From: Gordius albopunctatus
Taxonomy: Eukaryota
Length of the DNA: 64,000 bases
Assembly: GCA_964276515.1 (NCBI GenBank)
Contig: OZ193909.1
Location: 8,246,001-8,310,000, forward strand
Direction: 5' to 3'
Below the pieces are notes generated by a model, which did not search any database, was not told where the DNA came from, and was given only the letters and a program-made list of their open reading frames with translations. The position numbers were made by a program, and so were the translations under genes. Of the stretch, positions 24,760 to 37,449 are shown piece after piece; within the stretch, counting starts at the first letter, position 1; the number at the start of each line of letters is the position of its first letter.

Positions 24760-27385
24760 CTCCGCCCAATGTCTTCGTCTAGCGCAACACAAAGTAATTT
24801 CCTAATCCAAGAATTTGGTTCATTCAAATCGAATTTCTTTTTTTTAAATACGTAAAATTAAAAATGAAGTTTCCAATTTTATCTCATCAAAGCCCTTCCC
24901 CAGGAGGTAACTTTAGAAGTTAAACATACCTACCGAATCTCCGTTTTCAAAACTGAAGAAAGCTTTTATCGAACGCACATCCCGAAGCGATACACAGCGC
25001 CTTCACGACCTACTTACAAACGTAGAACTAGGAGATCGGACCCCATCACAAATACTGCGTTATATGAGAACTTTGTTAGGATACCATTCAATAGACGACA
25101 CCATACTTAAACAACTTTGGATGGAAAAATTATTAGCTTTAATGACCGGCATACTAACGATCTTCGCAACAGACCAATCCTTAACAAAATTGGCGGAAAC
25201 AGCAGATAAAATATCGGCTATCTACCATTCCCTATTATTGACTCTGTGAATTAAAATCTAAATAAGGAGATTGAGAATCTAAAAGAGCTGGTAGGAAAAC
25301 TTAATGTCACTGTAGATACATTAAAAATAGACATACAAAAATTACGATCACGATCTTTCTCCAGAGATCGATCTTATTCTCGATCCACACGATTTCCAAA
25401 TGCAACCGATCCTAAACTATGTTGGTATTACAACAAATATCAAGAAAAGGCTGCCGAGGGTGCTGAGCCTTGTATGTTCCTAGACAGAGAATCAAACTAA
25501 CAGGCCGCCCAGTCAAAGTGCAACTGGCACTGGCCTTAAAAAACCTAGTCGCTTGTTCTATTATGACAAATCATTAATTTTTAATTTCTTAATTGATACT
25601 GGTGCGGAAATTAGTGTGATACCTGCAACAAAGCAATAACTGCTAAAATTATCCAATATCCAACTTCAGGCAGCAAATTCCAGTGCCATAAAAACATATG
25701 GGCAAAAATTGCTAACTTTAGGCCTCAAAAGACGATACCAATGCATTTTAAATGTGGCTGATGTAAAACTTCCAATATTAGGTGCAGATTTTTTAAGTTA
25801 CTTTAACCTATTAGTAAATATTAAAAGGAAACATAGAAACACAAACCACATCGGTCAAACAAACTGCATTTAAATAGGTAAATTCACATTTGGCTTTATT
25901 ACATCCTCCTAAATTTTGTTGGTTATTAAAAAATTCCCCTCAGTTTTCAAACCCACAATCTATGCACCAACAACAAAACACATGACCCAAAACCGCATAG
26001 AAGCCAAAGGTCCGCCCGTATTTACCAAACGCACACTCTTTAATGGTGAGAAACTGAAGATTCCAAAGACGAATTCATTCACTAATGGATTTAGGCATCA
26101 TCAGAATGTCAAATAGCGGCTGGGATACACCACTACACATGACACCCAAAAAGAACAATAAAGAGTGGAGACCTTGCTGAGATTAGCGGACTATTAATAT
26201 TAAAACAATACTCGATCGCTACCCTCTCCCTCATATACACGATTTTTCACTTTCTTTGGCAGACAAAAATATATTTACTAAATTGGACATAGTTCGCGCT
26301 TACCACAAGATTCCAATGGCACCAAAAGATATCTAAAAACCGCAATCACAACCCCATTTGGTTTATTTGAATTCTTACGCATGCCTTTTGGTTTAAAAAT
26401 GCAGCACAAACGTTTCCAATATTTAGACCGTGTTCTCAGAGGATTGGACCATACATTTGCCTATTTAGATGACATATTAATCACCCGTTTCACTTGCAGA
26501 ACACAAAGTGCACGTCGAAAAAGCAATACAACGACTTTTTGATAGTGGGATTAATGTCAATTTGCAAAAATGTAAATGAGAAGTAAAGGAAATAGAGTTC
26601 TTAAGACACACCGGAACGTCTAAAGGGTTAAAATTTATACTCGATAAATTAGACACCATTGACAATTTTTCAACCCCAACTTTAATAACACAATTGAGAA
26701 GATTTATAGGCATGATAAATTTTTATCGACGTTTTATCCCTAAATGTATAGGATCTTCTCAAGCCATTAATCAACCATCTCAATAATACCAAAAGACCAA
26801 TCGAGTTAACACAAGAGGCAAAAGATGCATTCATTCAGGCAAAGCAGGCCCTTAAACAAATAACTAGTCTATCACTTAGACGAAAAGAGCAAGCTGTCAC
26901 TTACTAGGGATGCTTCCAATATTCTGTAGGAGGAGATTTACAACAACAAACATTAAACGGTTATATTCTACCACTTGACTTCTTTTCAAAGAAACTTTCA
27001 TAAACTCAAACACGCTACGCTACAGCACTTTTAGCCGAGTACTATTGGCCATTTACCTCATAATAAAATATTAGAGCCACGTTCTCGAAGGATGCCATTT
27101 TACCTTATACACCGACCACAAAACCTTTACTTATGCACTTAAGGCAAAGATGGACAAAAACTCACCCGAGAAATCATTCAGTTGGACTACATTTCACAGT
27201 TCACATCGGAGATTCAATACATCCGGGGTAGTACAAACATTGTGGCTGGTACCCTGTCTCGTACAGACATCGACACAGTCCAACTTCATGCATCGCAGTC
27301 ATTGCTGGAGCTTAAAGCTACAATGCAGAAGGTAGAAAGTTACACCTTACGACAAACCGTTTTCGACCAATATCATTGTTGTCGG
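24760..27385 (+). mobile_element. Decayed Ty3/Gypsy gag-pol
   Basis: Gag (ELGDRTPSQILRYMRTL), protease (FLIDTGAEISVIP), RT ([28 protein letters not shown]) and RNase H (FSRVLLAIY, YTDHK) remnants with many stops. Confidence 0.85.
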
Positions 27386-28617
27386 TAGACTTTAGTACTA
27401 ACGGTTTTTCCAGGTTTTAGCAGCTCAATATAGATCACGCCCTTATGGTTCTACCAAACAGAAAACATTGTTTTCTGTATATAGGAGTTTGGTCTTGAAG
27501 TGCATGCTGATGGTTTGTCAGGATTTACCCATGAAGCTTAGTACTTTCAAAATATATCCTTTTATCATGGCCAGCATAATTCAAATTATGCCGTTCTGAG
27601 CTTTAAGATTAGAGGCCTACAAAGTAACTTTCTTTCAACACGCCTTGAAAAAAATTATACCTGACTTGAGCCGAGGCAGAAAATTACGATGTGTTAAATT
27701 TAATCGACAAATCAAAGTACAAGCTTTAAAAATTTTATTGCCACACATTTTGGTTAAAAAAATTATTTTAACAAGTGAAGTATAAATTAGGAAATTTATT
27801 AAATGAAAAATATAAAATTATACATAAGTATAAATATTATGAAATTTTATATATGGTGAGATTATTTTTAAAGATAGCTGGTTTTAAAAAATCTGATGGC
27901 CCAGCGTATTTTATGTATATAGGTTATATTATCCTAGCCTTGCTTGCAAACAATTTATTAAATACTAAAAACTTATAAATTTTTGCGCAGAAAAGCTTAT
28001 TTGTAATTATGACCTTTAAGCTTTCCTCTGTTAAAACTAATAATAGGCAAACTAGCAATTTTTTGTCTTTAATAACCCCAATATTTACAATTCGGATATA
28101 AATTTTTATATATTAAAATTAAATATCAGATTTTGAGATGTAATATCTTTCCTGTTTATCACTTCAAGTCGTCTATATTTTGCAGATTTCTGGGAAATAT
28201 AAAATATTGTAACATCATAAAAACTCTAAATTTAACATTACTACTTAAAAATGTTAAGGAAGCGACATGTTAAATTATTGGTGCATTTAATTCGTATAAT
28301 TTTATACAAATTTTGCTTACTCACCAGCAATCTTACTATAATTTAGTCTGTTCACTTACGAGTGTTTCACATGCAACCCAATGTCAATACACCAAATCCA
28401 GCTCCTATCTTTGGGTTATCGAAGCGCCCTCAAATATTTGTTTAGGCATGCGTGGTTGCTTATTTGAATATACATATTTTATATGAGTTATTTTTATCCA
28501 ATTTGCGTAGAGGAACTCGAAAATAGCCTTTCAAAAGTAAAGTAAGTTACTTATAGTTGTTTTATGAATCATATTTCCGCAATTTTTCATTGGCGCCACT
28601 AACTGTCCCCATATAAA

Positions 28618-31600
28618 ATGATATTGCCATTTGTAAATCGTCTTTTAATTTGTTGTCTGTCTTGTTCACTATGTCAAGCGACATATACCGATTTACTCGC
28701 TTTTTTGAATTATAAACGATCTCAGGGATCAGCCTTTGGCACTGGATCTGGGACCAATCAATTGCCTTATCAGATACGCATCTCATACGAATGTTTCAAA
28801 GTTTACTGGAACGTGCCATCCCAAGTTTGTGCCACTAAGCAAGGGATAAATTTGACCCTCAGCCCTTTTGGTATTAGAGCTAACAAGGATCAAAACTTTT
28901 TTGGGGACCAAATTAATATACTGTACGATCGGGATGGACTTTTATGGCCTCATATTGAAAATTCGGGGAAGCTCGTTAATGGGGGAATTCCACAACGGGG
29001 TAACCTGCGTGACCACTTGAGGTCGTTTGAAGTTCAAGTTGGAAAAAAAATTCCCAGTCCCGCTTTTTCGGTATATTATTGTTTGTCTCAAACATTATAA
29101 TGTGTTGCACAAAACTGGAAATATTAATGAGAATTTCTATGAATGTGCTATTTCATACGTAGACAATTGTTTTTGATTTTTAGGGGTTAGCCATTATCGA
29201 TTTCGAACTATATCCACCACTCTGGTCATCCCTTTGGGGCCAATCAAATATCTACAAAGTAATAAGTAAAATCATAAGTAATAATTATTTTTGAAAATTA
29301 TAAAGATATTACAACAAAATTTGCATAATAAGAATATGCTAGAATTGTCTAATCCATGTATCAAATTTTCCTGCCAAAGTTAAAACAATTTAAATATTAA
29401 AAAATAAAAATCATCACAAATCAAAGGTTAGTAGTTCTTTCCTTTTAAAAGAAAATGGTCAAAATTGTTTTATAATTAACTTAACGAATATGTTTAGCAA
29501 AAAATAGCCATGTAAATTAAACGAAATATATTTGTAATTTTAATCTTGGTAAGCTGTATCTTTTTAACAAAATTGCTATAAAGTTTTGTTATTTTATTTT
29601 AATTTTTACCGTAGATTCAATACTGAATAATATCTCCATCCCCTTTACATCATACATTAATTTAAACATTTGTGCAGGCTTTATTTCAAAGTGGAGGTAG
29701 CCCCCTCTCTGAGGATTGTCTCAAAAAACCATTTTTCCGAGTTTTAAGCAAAAAGACTCTAATATTGACGAGTATATTTCGACAAAGAAAATACCCCCCC
29801 CCCTCCATAAGTGCCTCCCTTAGGAGAGAATTTTTAGAAAACCCGGCAATTAAATTATGCTTCCTAATTTGTAGGAATTTATACTAACTTTATTAACTTT
29901 GTGAACTACTAAAATTGAAACTAAGTATAATTATTGCCTTAGGAAAATGACAATTGGCTTTGCGATGGTCACGACGCCATCAATATATTTTTTATCTCCT
30001 GACTAGAGACCTGCAAAATCAATTTTTTAAGGCCTGGCCCGGGTCCGAAATTCAAAATGGAGAAAAGCCCGGCCCGAGCCCAAATTTTAGCATTTTTAAA
30101 AACAAGACGCGGCCCGGACCCGGCCCGGAATTTTTAGAATTGCAGGAATTTAATCAAACTCAATTTTTATAAAATTTTTAATTAAAAAATAAAACGCAGG
30201 TAATATAATTATAAATCGATAATGGAACTATTTTGGATGCAAAAAACACAGGCATCAAAAATTTCCGTGTTTAAATTTGTTCTTCGGTCTTAATAAATCC
30301 GGCCCTCTAACGAAAAACACCTCTCACTCGAGGCAAATGAAGCAGGTGTCGAAAAATCTTAAAACAAGGGAGCTAAGCGCTAGAAATTGACCACTATGGT
30401 CTTTACACAACGCCTCTGGATTTCGAATCAAATCGAATATTTTTAGTATTCGATTCGGATTCGATAATTTTATTTGAAAAAATATTAAATTCGAGACGTC
30501 GAATATTAAAATAAGGATTCGAATTCGATTCAAAAAAAATTTAAAGATTCGAATTGCATTAATTAGAGTTTATCTATTATTTAGATTTGGTACCCGTACA
30601 ACGGGTTATTATCTTGTTTTATTATAAATCTAGAATGTTTATATATATAAATAAAATCTCGGCGCATAAGGTTAATGCATATCAAAATATATTATTTATA
30701 GTTTAATGATTTATGTTAAAGTTTAATGGATAAGTACAAAAATAATATAAACATTTTGTTCCATACTCAATTTTTTGTATATTAGAAAAAGAGTAAAATA
30801 AATGAATCAATAACTTGTAATTAATTAATTTTTTGTAATTATTGTTTTAAACAGAATAAAAGACTACTTAGGCTACTACTTCTAAATTATTTACTTCTAA
30901 ATTGCCCTGAAATTTTAAAGCCTCAAAATTTGAGGCCCGGGCACGGGATTTTTCGGGCCGTGCTTCGGGCGGCCCGTGCAGGTCTCTACTCCTGACCTAG
31001 AAAATGACCTGTAAACTTTCGCTTTGTGGCTAGATAAAAAGATTTAATAAAGGTAAAATATTATATATGTTCAAGCATGGGCGTAGCCATGGGGTCAGGG
31101 AGGAGCGGCTGCTCCCCTTTAAATTCAAAAATTTGTTGAAGTTTATTAAAATTTATGACTAAAATTTCAAAAAATGATCATTTTACCCATCCCTTAATAA
31201 TTTCTGCCCCCCCCCTCTATGGGTTCAAGAATGCACAAAAACTATAAAAAATATAAAATACACTTAAATAACCGTAAAATTGTAAGCTATAATTTATTTG
31301 GATATCTAATATAATTAAGCGGAGAATATTTGCATATAACTTTATACCCATAGCAAAAGAAAGCCTTAATACCTAGTTCTTTTTTAGAATGGAATAGAGC
31401 TCTCCTTATTGCTAGGTTGCAGCATTACTAAGTTAGCTAGCGTCCTATTGTGCCAATTAAATTTCCATAAAATTTGGTAGAATCTGTCGTTGGAGTATGC
31501 CAAGAGCTATTTGGGGATGCCAGATGCGCCACTCGATGACCCCGATGTTTTGAAATATGCCATCAACTCATTTGAAGCAGCCAGCAGGGTTTTTATGGAA

Positions 31601-32471
31601 CAGACTCTATTGTTTGGTCGGACCCTTCGTCCATATGCCAAATGGGGCTATTATGGATTTCCAACATGTAGCAAAACGTAATAAATAAATAAAATTAATT
31701 AATATCTTTCTTGTTTTATAATTTGTAATTTGTAATAAAATTTATTTAGACAATTTCTCATGGACGGATGCCCATTGTCAGAACAAAATAAAAATGAGCA
31801 ATTGATGTGGCTTTACCTTGCATCTGACGCCCTCTTCCCAAGTATCTACTTGTATAAAGCGGCATTTGATAGCGAAGCTCAATATCCTCTTTGGATTTTA
31901 AAAAGTATAGGAAATTGTTTTTATATTTGAATCCATCATATTTGGTCGACCTTTTTTGAAACTAACAATTTTGTTGACATGCCATTTAGATTATTAGATT
32001 AATTAATAAATATGTAAATTTTTTAGTGTTTAGGGAGATTGCACGACTCACTCAGATAATTAATACGCGTCGGAGATTAGCGATGAAACCGTTGATTGAA
32101 GTTTATCCTTATTTTAGATATGAATATGCGAGTAATGAAGAGTCTAACACACAGTTTTTATCAGATAAAGATATGAAAACTAGCATTTTAGGAGCCAAAG
32201 CATTCAATTTCAATGGCTTGGTATAATGGCTAATTCTACTACTAAATTGAACATATATTATTTTTGCTTAATACGTAAATAAATTTAATGCTCAAATTAA
32301 CATCTTTAGCCAAATTTTTTGTTTATATTAAAACAAAATTACTTTTCATTACTTCTACAGATTATCTGGGACTCTTCAAACAAGATTGTTAATCAATGCG
32401 CTTTGATTTCAAACCTGGTGCAAAAATATTTGGGACCATTAGTTTATTATGCTTCCAGGTGTTACATTTGA
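28618..32471 (+). CDS. Hyaluronidase (glycoside hydrolase family 56), 394 aa; exons 28618-29070, 29184-29258, 31481-31677, 31750-31904, 32027-32220, 32361-32471
   Basis: Phase-compatible GT-AG exons total 1185 nt with an open frame. Signal peptide, FKVYWNVPS, VNGGIPQRGNL, catalytic GLAIIDFE, LRPYAKWGYYGFPTC, WLYLASDALFPSIY, IIWDSS and YLGP are present. Confidence 0.92.
30004..30988 (-). mobile_element. Internally deleted copy of the 15639 hAT element in hyaluronidase intron 2
   Basis: TIR TAGAGACCTGCA; 8-bp TSD CTCCTGAC; its 69-aa ORF is nearly identical to 16867-17076. Confidence 0.9.
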
Positions 32472-33407
32472 TTTTAAACCACTTCAAGTCCACCCCACAC
32501 GTCATATTTTATTCATGCTTATGTTGTAGTGAAGTCATTGTAATGCAGATTAGAACGATAATTAAGCTTTATTATTTGTATTTGATCCATTATTTAGTGT
32601 AATAAAAATAAAAAGTGCTTTGGTGTGCTTCAAAACCAAATTTATCAAATAAAGAACGGCTATTTTAAACAGCTCATTGACACCGAATATTTAATTAGAA
32701 TAATTTAAACAGTTTCGTTAAGAATTGCAAGTGCAAATTAGACTCTTTATTAAAGATAATCTTTATAGTAATTGCAAAAAAAATATTCAAAAATCACTAT
32801 CCTTTATAATCATTGGTCAATTAAAGTCACGAGGCTAAATTTTTTAAACACAAAAGGTGTTGTTCTGCCTATCAGTCATTTTAATGTTGTAAATTATTTA
32901 AGGTTTTGAATTATTTTGGGTGCTTCTAAATTTTTTTATCATTTTTTAAATAAAATAAAGACGTTGGATATCAGTAAATAATTTAGGTAGAATATTATAA
33001 AATGTCTCGATCTCTTCTTAGTCTAGAAAATTCTCGGTCTCGTCTCTACGAGAAATCTCGACATGTCTCGCCTTTAAAAAAATTTGTACTATTTCAATTT
33101 TTCCCCTAATCTCCTTAAATTATTATATAAAAAAATTTACGAAAATTAAAATGGCGCATCATTGTTTATAAAAACCTGTATATACGTATCATTTGGATAT
33201 CTGAATTAGCCGGGCCCTTAGTTCGCATTGACAAAAAGAAAAATAATTAATGTTTTAGATAAATATGTAAAGAAAATATTTGTAACCCTCTAAAATGACC
33301 TTCATCACTTCGTTCCTAAAATATTTGCAATTTATCATAATATTATTGAAACCCAAAAGGTACGAGTGGATACTTTTTATTCTATCATAATTAATTGCAC
33401 ACATTAC

Positions 33408-36400
33408 TGTCATATATGTCACATATGGATTCGTTGAAGACGAGCAACGAGAGGCGCGGCATTGACCAGGTGCGGGACGATAGCAAGTGAGAGACAAAAT
33501 AAATCTAGGAAGAGTAACGGGAAGGACGCAAAGGAGAATAAAAACTGGCGCGGGACACACAAAGAGAGTATTATCAGAGGCAATAACAACTGGTGGAAGG
33601 AATGACAACTGGTGCAAGACACGAGAAGAAAAGAAGTGTATCCGAATAAAAGGGAACATCGGCGCACAGACAATATCAATTAATAAATTTTCTTGAATAT
33701 AAATCGTTTGTGGCATAATTTTTACTTGAAATAAAATATTTATCGGAAGTACGATTTATTCGAGGACGAATTATTCTCTGATCTAATTTTGGACTTACGA
33801 TTTAGTCACAGACATAATATTGGCGCCCAACGTGAAATTTATTATTTTGGAAATAATAAACCAGGATTGCAATACGAATTGGGAGGACTGCAATTATTCG
33901 GTGAGAACAAAATAAGGGCAACAGGATTTGTAACGTATTCTGGAATACGCGTTACAACTAAGTAAGTTGATGGTAAAGATTTATGTTTAGGTTCTCATAT
34001 TTGTACTTATTTTATTAAATTGGGCGGTAATTAAGAAAAAGTTGTGTCGATTGGTATTAAACATTTTAATTAGGTTTCTCGTGAACAATGTATATTAAAC
34101 GTGAATATATAACAGATTACTATGTATATATTAGTTGTTTTTGTATAGGGCCTACTGTTAACGTCATTTTAAATTGTATAGTGGCATGTTGTAAAAGGTG
34201 TGAGACATGCCGTGGAGAGAGGAGGAGAGATAGAGATTGGGTAGCTAAATGCTACAAATGTGGAGAAATAGGGCATGAAACGCGTGCATGTCCGAGAGGT
34301 ATTCCGCAGTTAATATGTTTTATATGTAGATGGGAAGGGCATAGGGCGAGGGAATGCCCTAGGCGTGTACAAGCATGATGTTTAAGGAGCCGAGGTGGAC
34401 TCCGTGTTTGGATAAGACGGAGCACCTTGTATTGTAAAGATATTTTTTGCGCGTTAATTAGATATATTATTTTTTTATGCGTGAGGTTTTCTGTATTATA
34501 TTTAGTGTGTGGAAATTTTGCATAGTTGTACTCCTATATGGGGTGAGACGGGGCACATTTAATTGTAAAAATATTATTAGCTTTCTCGTTTGGTATAGTA
34601 GAAGTCTATTGCATGTGATGTTTTTAATTATAATTATAATATGTAAATTTGTCATAGATACTTATATATATTGTGTACAGCAGGAGCTACGTATATATGG
34701 TAGGATGGGGAGAAGTGCCTATAAATTAGGGGCATATCTACTTAGTTCCTTTAAAAGGGTGAGTCTTAAAGTGGTGTGGGTAAGTTTGTATTTAGTCGGT
34801 GTTCTGTATAATGCGGTGATTTTAGTCGTAAATTGGAGTGTCAGTAGCACGGACAGGTGCTGGTGCATATTGTTTTGGTACTGTGTGAAATACATAGTAG
34901 GAGATATAGAAAGAATAAGTTTTTTATGCTTAATAAGCGACAGCGGTGGGAAATGGTCGTTAGAGTGTTAACCCTAGGGAGAAGGGGGAGGGCTAGGTGT
35001 GGCGAGGCAAGGGGAAACAAAGGGGAAAAAAGTAAGGGGCACAATCCAAGCAATATTATAATGTGTAGTGTACACTGTAAAGGAGATGTGGGATGGAAAG
35101 GGGAGGATAGGAAAGAGGTTGACTGTCCAGAAGGTGACAGACATGGTATTACCTACGCTAAAGGGTATATATTTTTCCACTTTCACAAAAAGAAAGGGTT
35201 AGGGGGAAAGTATTTATGTTTCAGAGTATATGATCTCCTGCTTATCTATCATTTTTAATTGCACTATACTGCTAACTTACTCTATTCTACCTAACTCTGT
35301 GCTATTGGTCTGTCATTTGTATATGATCTAACTTTTTCATATTTATATCTCCTTCATTAATGATCATGTTGTGGTTACTATACCTATTGTGGCAGAGAGC
35401 TTTTAAAAAAAAAATAATAAAAAAAAAAAAATAAAAAAAAAAGAGTAAAAACTTAGAAATGTTGTATCTCTCAGTAAAAACAAGCGCGATGTCGAGATAA
35501 CTATGTGTATGGAAATGTAACCCAGATTATGATGTACATGTATGAGTTGAGAAATTGTATTCCTCACTATCGCGATTTCGCAGAATATTATATACACAAT
35601 TGTAACATAAGAATTGTATTACGCACTTCGGGTATAAAATAGTGTCGCGGAAGTGAAGAATTAGTATGTATGTTGCAATATTTATATATTGGTATGCTGT
35701 ATATGACTCATTCACTTAAAAAAAAAAATAAAAAAAAAAAAATAATAATAAAAAAAAAATAATAAAAAAAAAATAATAATAAAAAAAAATAAAAAAAAAA
35801 ATAATAATAAAAAAAAAATAAATAATGTAAAGTATCAAAGGTGAAGTGAGGTATTATTGCGATGTTGTATGTGTACTTGGATAGTATTTCGGTGTTATAT
35901 CAGTTGTTTTATACGGATGGATTATAGTATTTCCGTTTTATATTAATTTTCTCATATTTCTATTGTATAATTATAGTCGTGTATGTTTACTTTATTTTTA
36001 TATTCTCATATTTTTATTGTGTATTTATATTCTCATATTGGTATTGGATATTTTTATGCTCATTCGGTGTATATAATACTTATGCCACATTGTTCGGGTA
36101 GCTGTAGTGTGTTGTCGATGTAAAACTGTAAAGATGTGTAACGATGGATTTGAAATATCGTTGCTGTGTTGAGATGTATATCAGGAAAGGTATATGAATA
36201 TTGTAATCTTTTTATTGTGGACTTATACTCGTATATGTTTTATGTGGTGTATATATTTTCATGCTGTTTATATATTTATGTCGCATCGTCGTGTAATAGT
36301 AGTGAGTTATTGAGAGAAAGCGTCTAAGGATATATAACGTCAAGGGGAAGTAGCAAGGTTGTATTGCTAATGTTATTACGGAAATTGTGAATATCGATAT

Positions 36401-36995
36401 TGTTATTACGCGGAGTGTCTGTAGAAAAATATAGTGTATTATTGTAGTCGGTGTATATCGCGCGCAGTTATTCGAGTATAAATATTTGGGAGGGGTTAGC
36501 AACCTAAAGACGGAAGCACGTCGGAACTATGGGTATCGGCATTGGGGCGAGCAAAGAAAAAGGAAAAGAGTAAAAAAGGGAGATGTCATATATGTCACAT
36601 ATGGATTCGTTGAAGACGAGCAACGAGAGGCGCGGCATTGACCAGGTGCGGGACGATAGCAAGTGAGAGACAAAATAAATCTAGGAAGAGTAACGGGAAG
36701 GACGCAAAGGAGAATAACAACTGGCGCGGGACACACAAAGAGAGTATTATCAGAGGCAATAACAACTGGTGGAAGGAATGACAACTGGTGCAAGACACGA
36801 TAAGAAAAGAAGTGTATCCGAATAAAAGGGAACATCGGCGCACAGACAATATCAATTAATAAATTTTCTTGAATATAAATCGTTTGTGGCATAATTTTTA
36901 CTTGAAATAAAATATTTATCGGAAGTACGATTTATTCGAGGACGAATTATTCTCTGATCTAATTTTGGACTTACGATTTAGTCACAGACATAATA
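33408..36995 (+). mobile_element. Young non-autonomous LTR retroelement (LTRs 33408-33819 and 36584-36995), no pol
   Basis: Two 412-bp direct repeats with only 2 differences seen; 5-bp TSD ATTAC; PBS TGGCGCCCAACGTG (tRNA-Lys type) at 33821; polypurine tract at 36553-36583. Confidence 0.93.
34088..34378 (+). CDS. Small ORF with two CCHC zinc knuckles (gag nucleocapsid-like) inside the LTR element
   Basis: CYKCGEIGHETRAC and CFICRWEGHRAREC both fit CX2CX4HX4C. Confidence 0.7.
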   Translation: MYIKREYITDYYVYISCFCIGPTVNVILNCIVACCKRCETCRGERRRDRDWVAKCYKCGEIGHETRACPRGIPQLICFICRWEGHRARECPRRVQA

Positions 36996-37449
36996 ATTAC
37001 AACGTAAAAAGAACAATAAATGTAGCATCGTTACGTTACTAGTAGGAATGTTTTGAGGTTTTAAATAAATTGAACGTATATAAAGTTTTATAGCAAATAT
37101 TTTTACTTTCAAATATTAAACAATTTTATTATAGTGTAAGACACATATTATGTCCCAAAATATTAATTTATTTTCTTTTTTATATAATTCCGCCACAACT
37201 TGTTTTATCAATAAGGCTTATGCTCATATATTCTTATGTAGTGCAAAATCGCATATAAAATTCAGTGGATTAGAGTTCACCTGCAAACCCTACCTTTATA
37301 ATGTGAAAGGTAATGCAAATGACAAAACAAATGCATAATGTGATTTATGACTTGAGAATTTTACAGGTGTACCATAAGTTCAGGCTTAACAAACTCCTGG
37401 TAGTCTCATGATTTAATGTAATGCATTTGAAAGCAATGGTTCGGAGCAT

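Noticed and set aside
33255..33716. Antisense ORFs of 86-153 aa in the LTRs (also 36527-36892)
   Set aside because: They are duplicated only because the LTRs are; low-complexity purine-rich template and no domain motifs.
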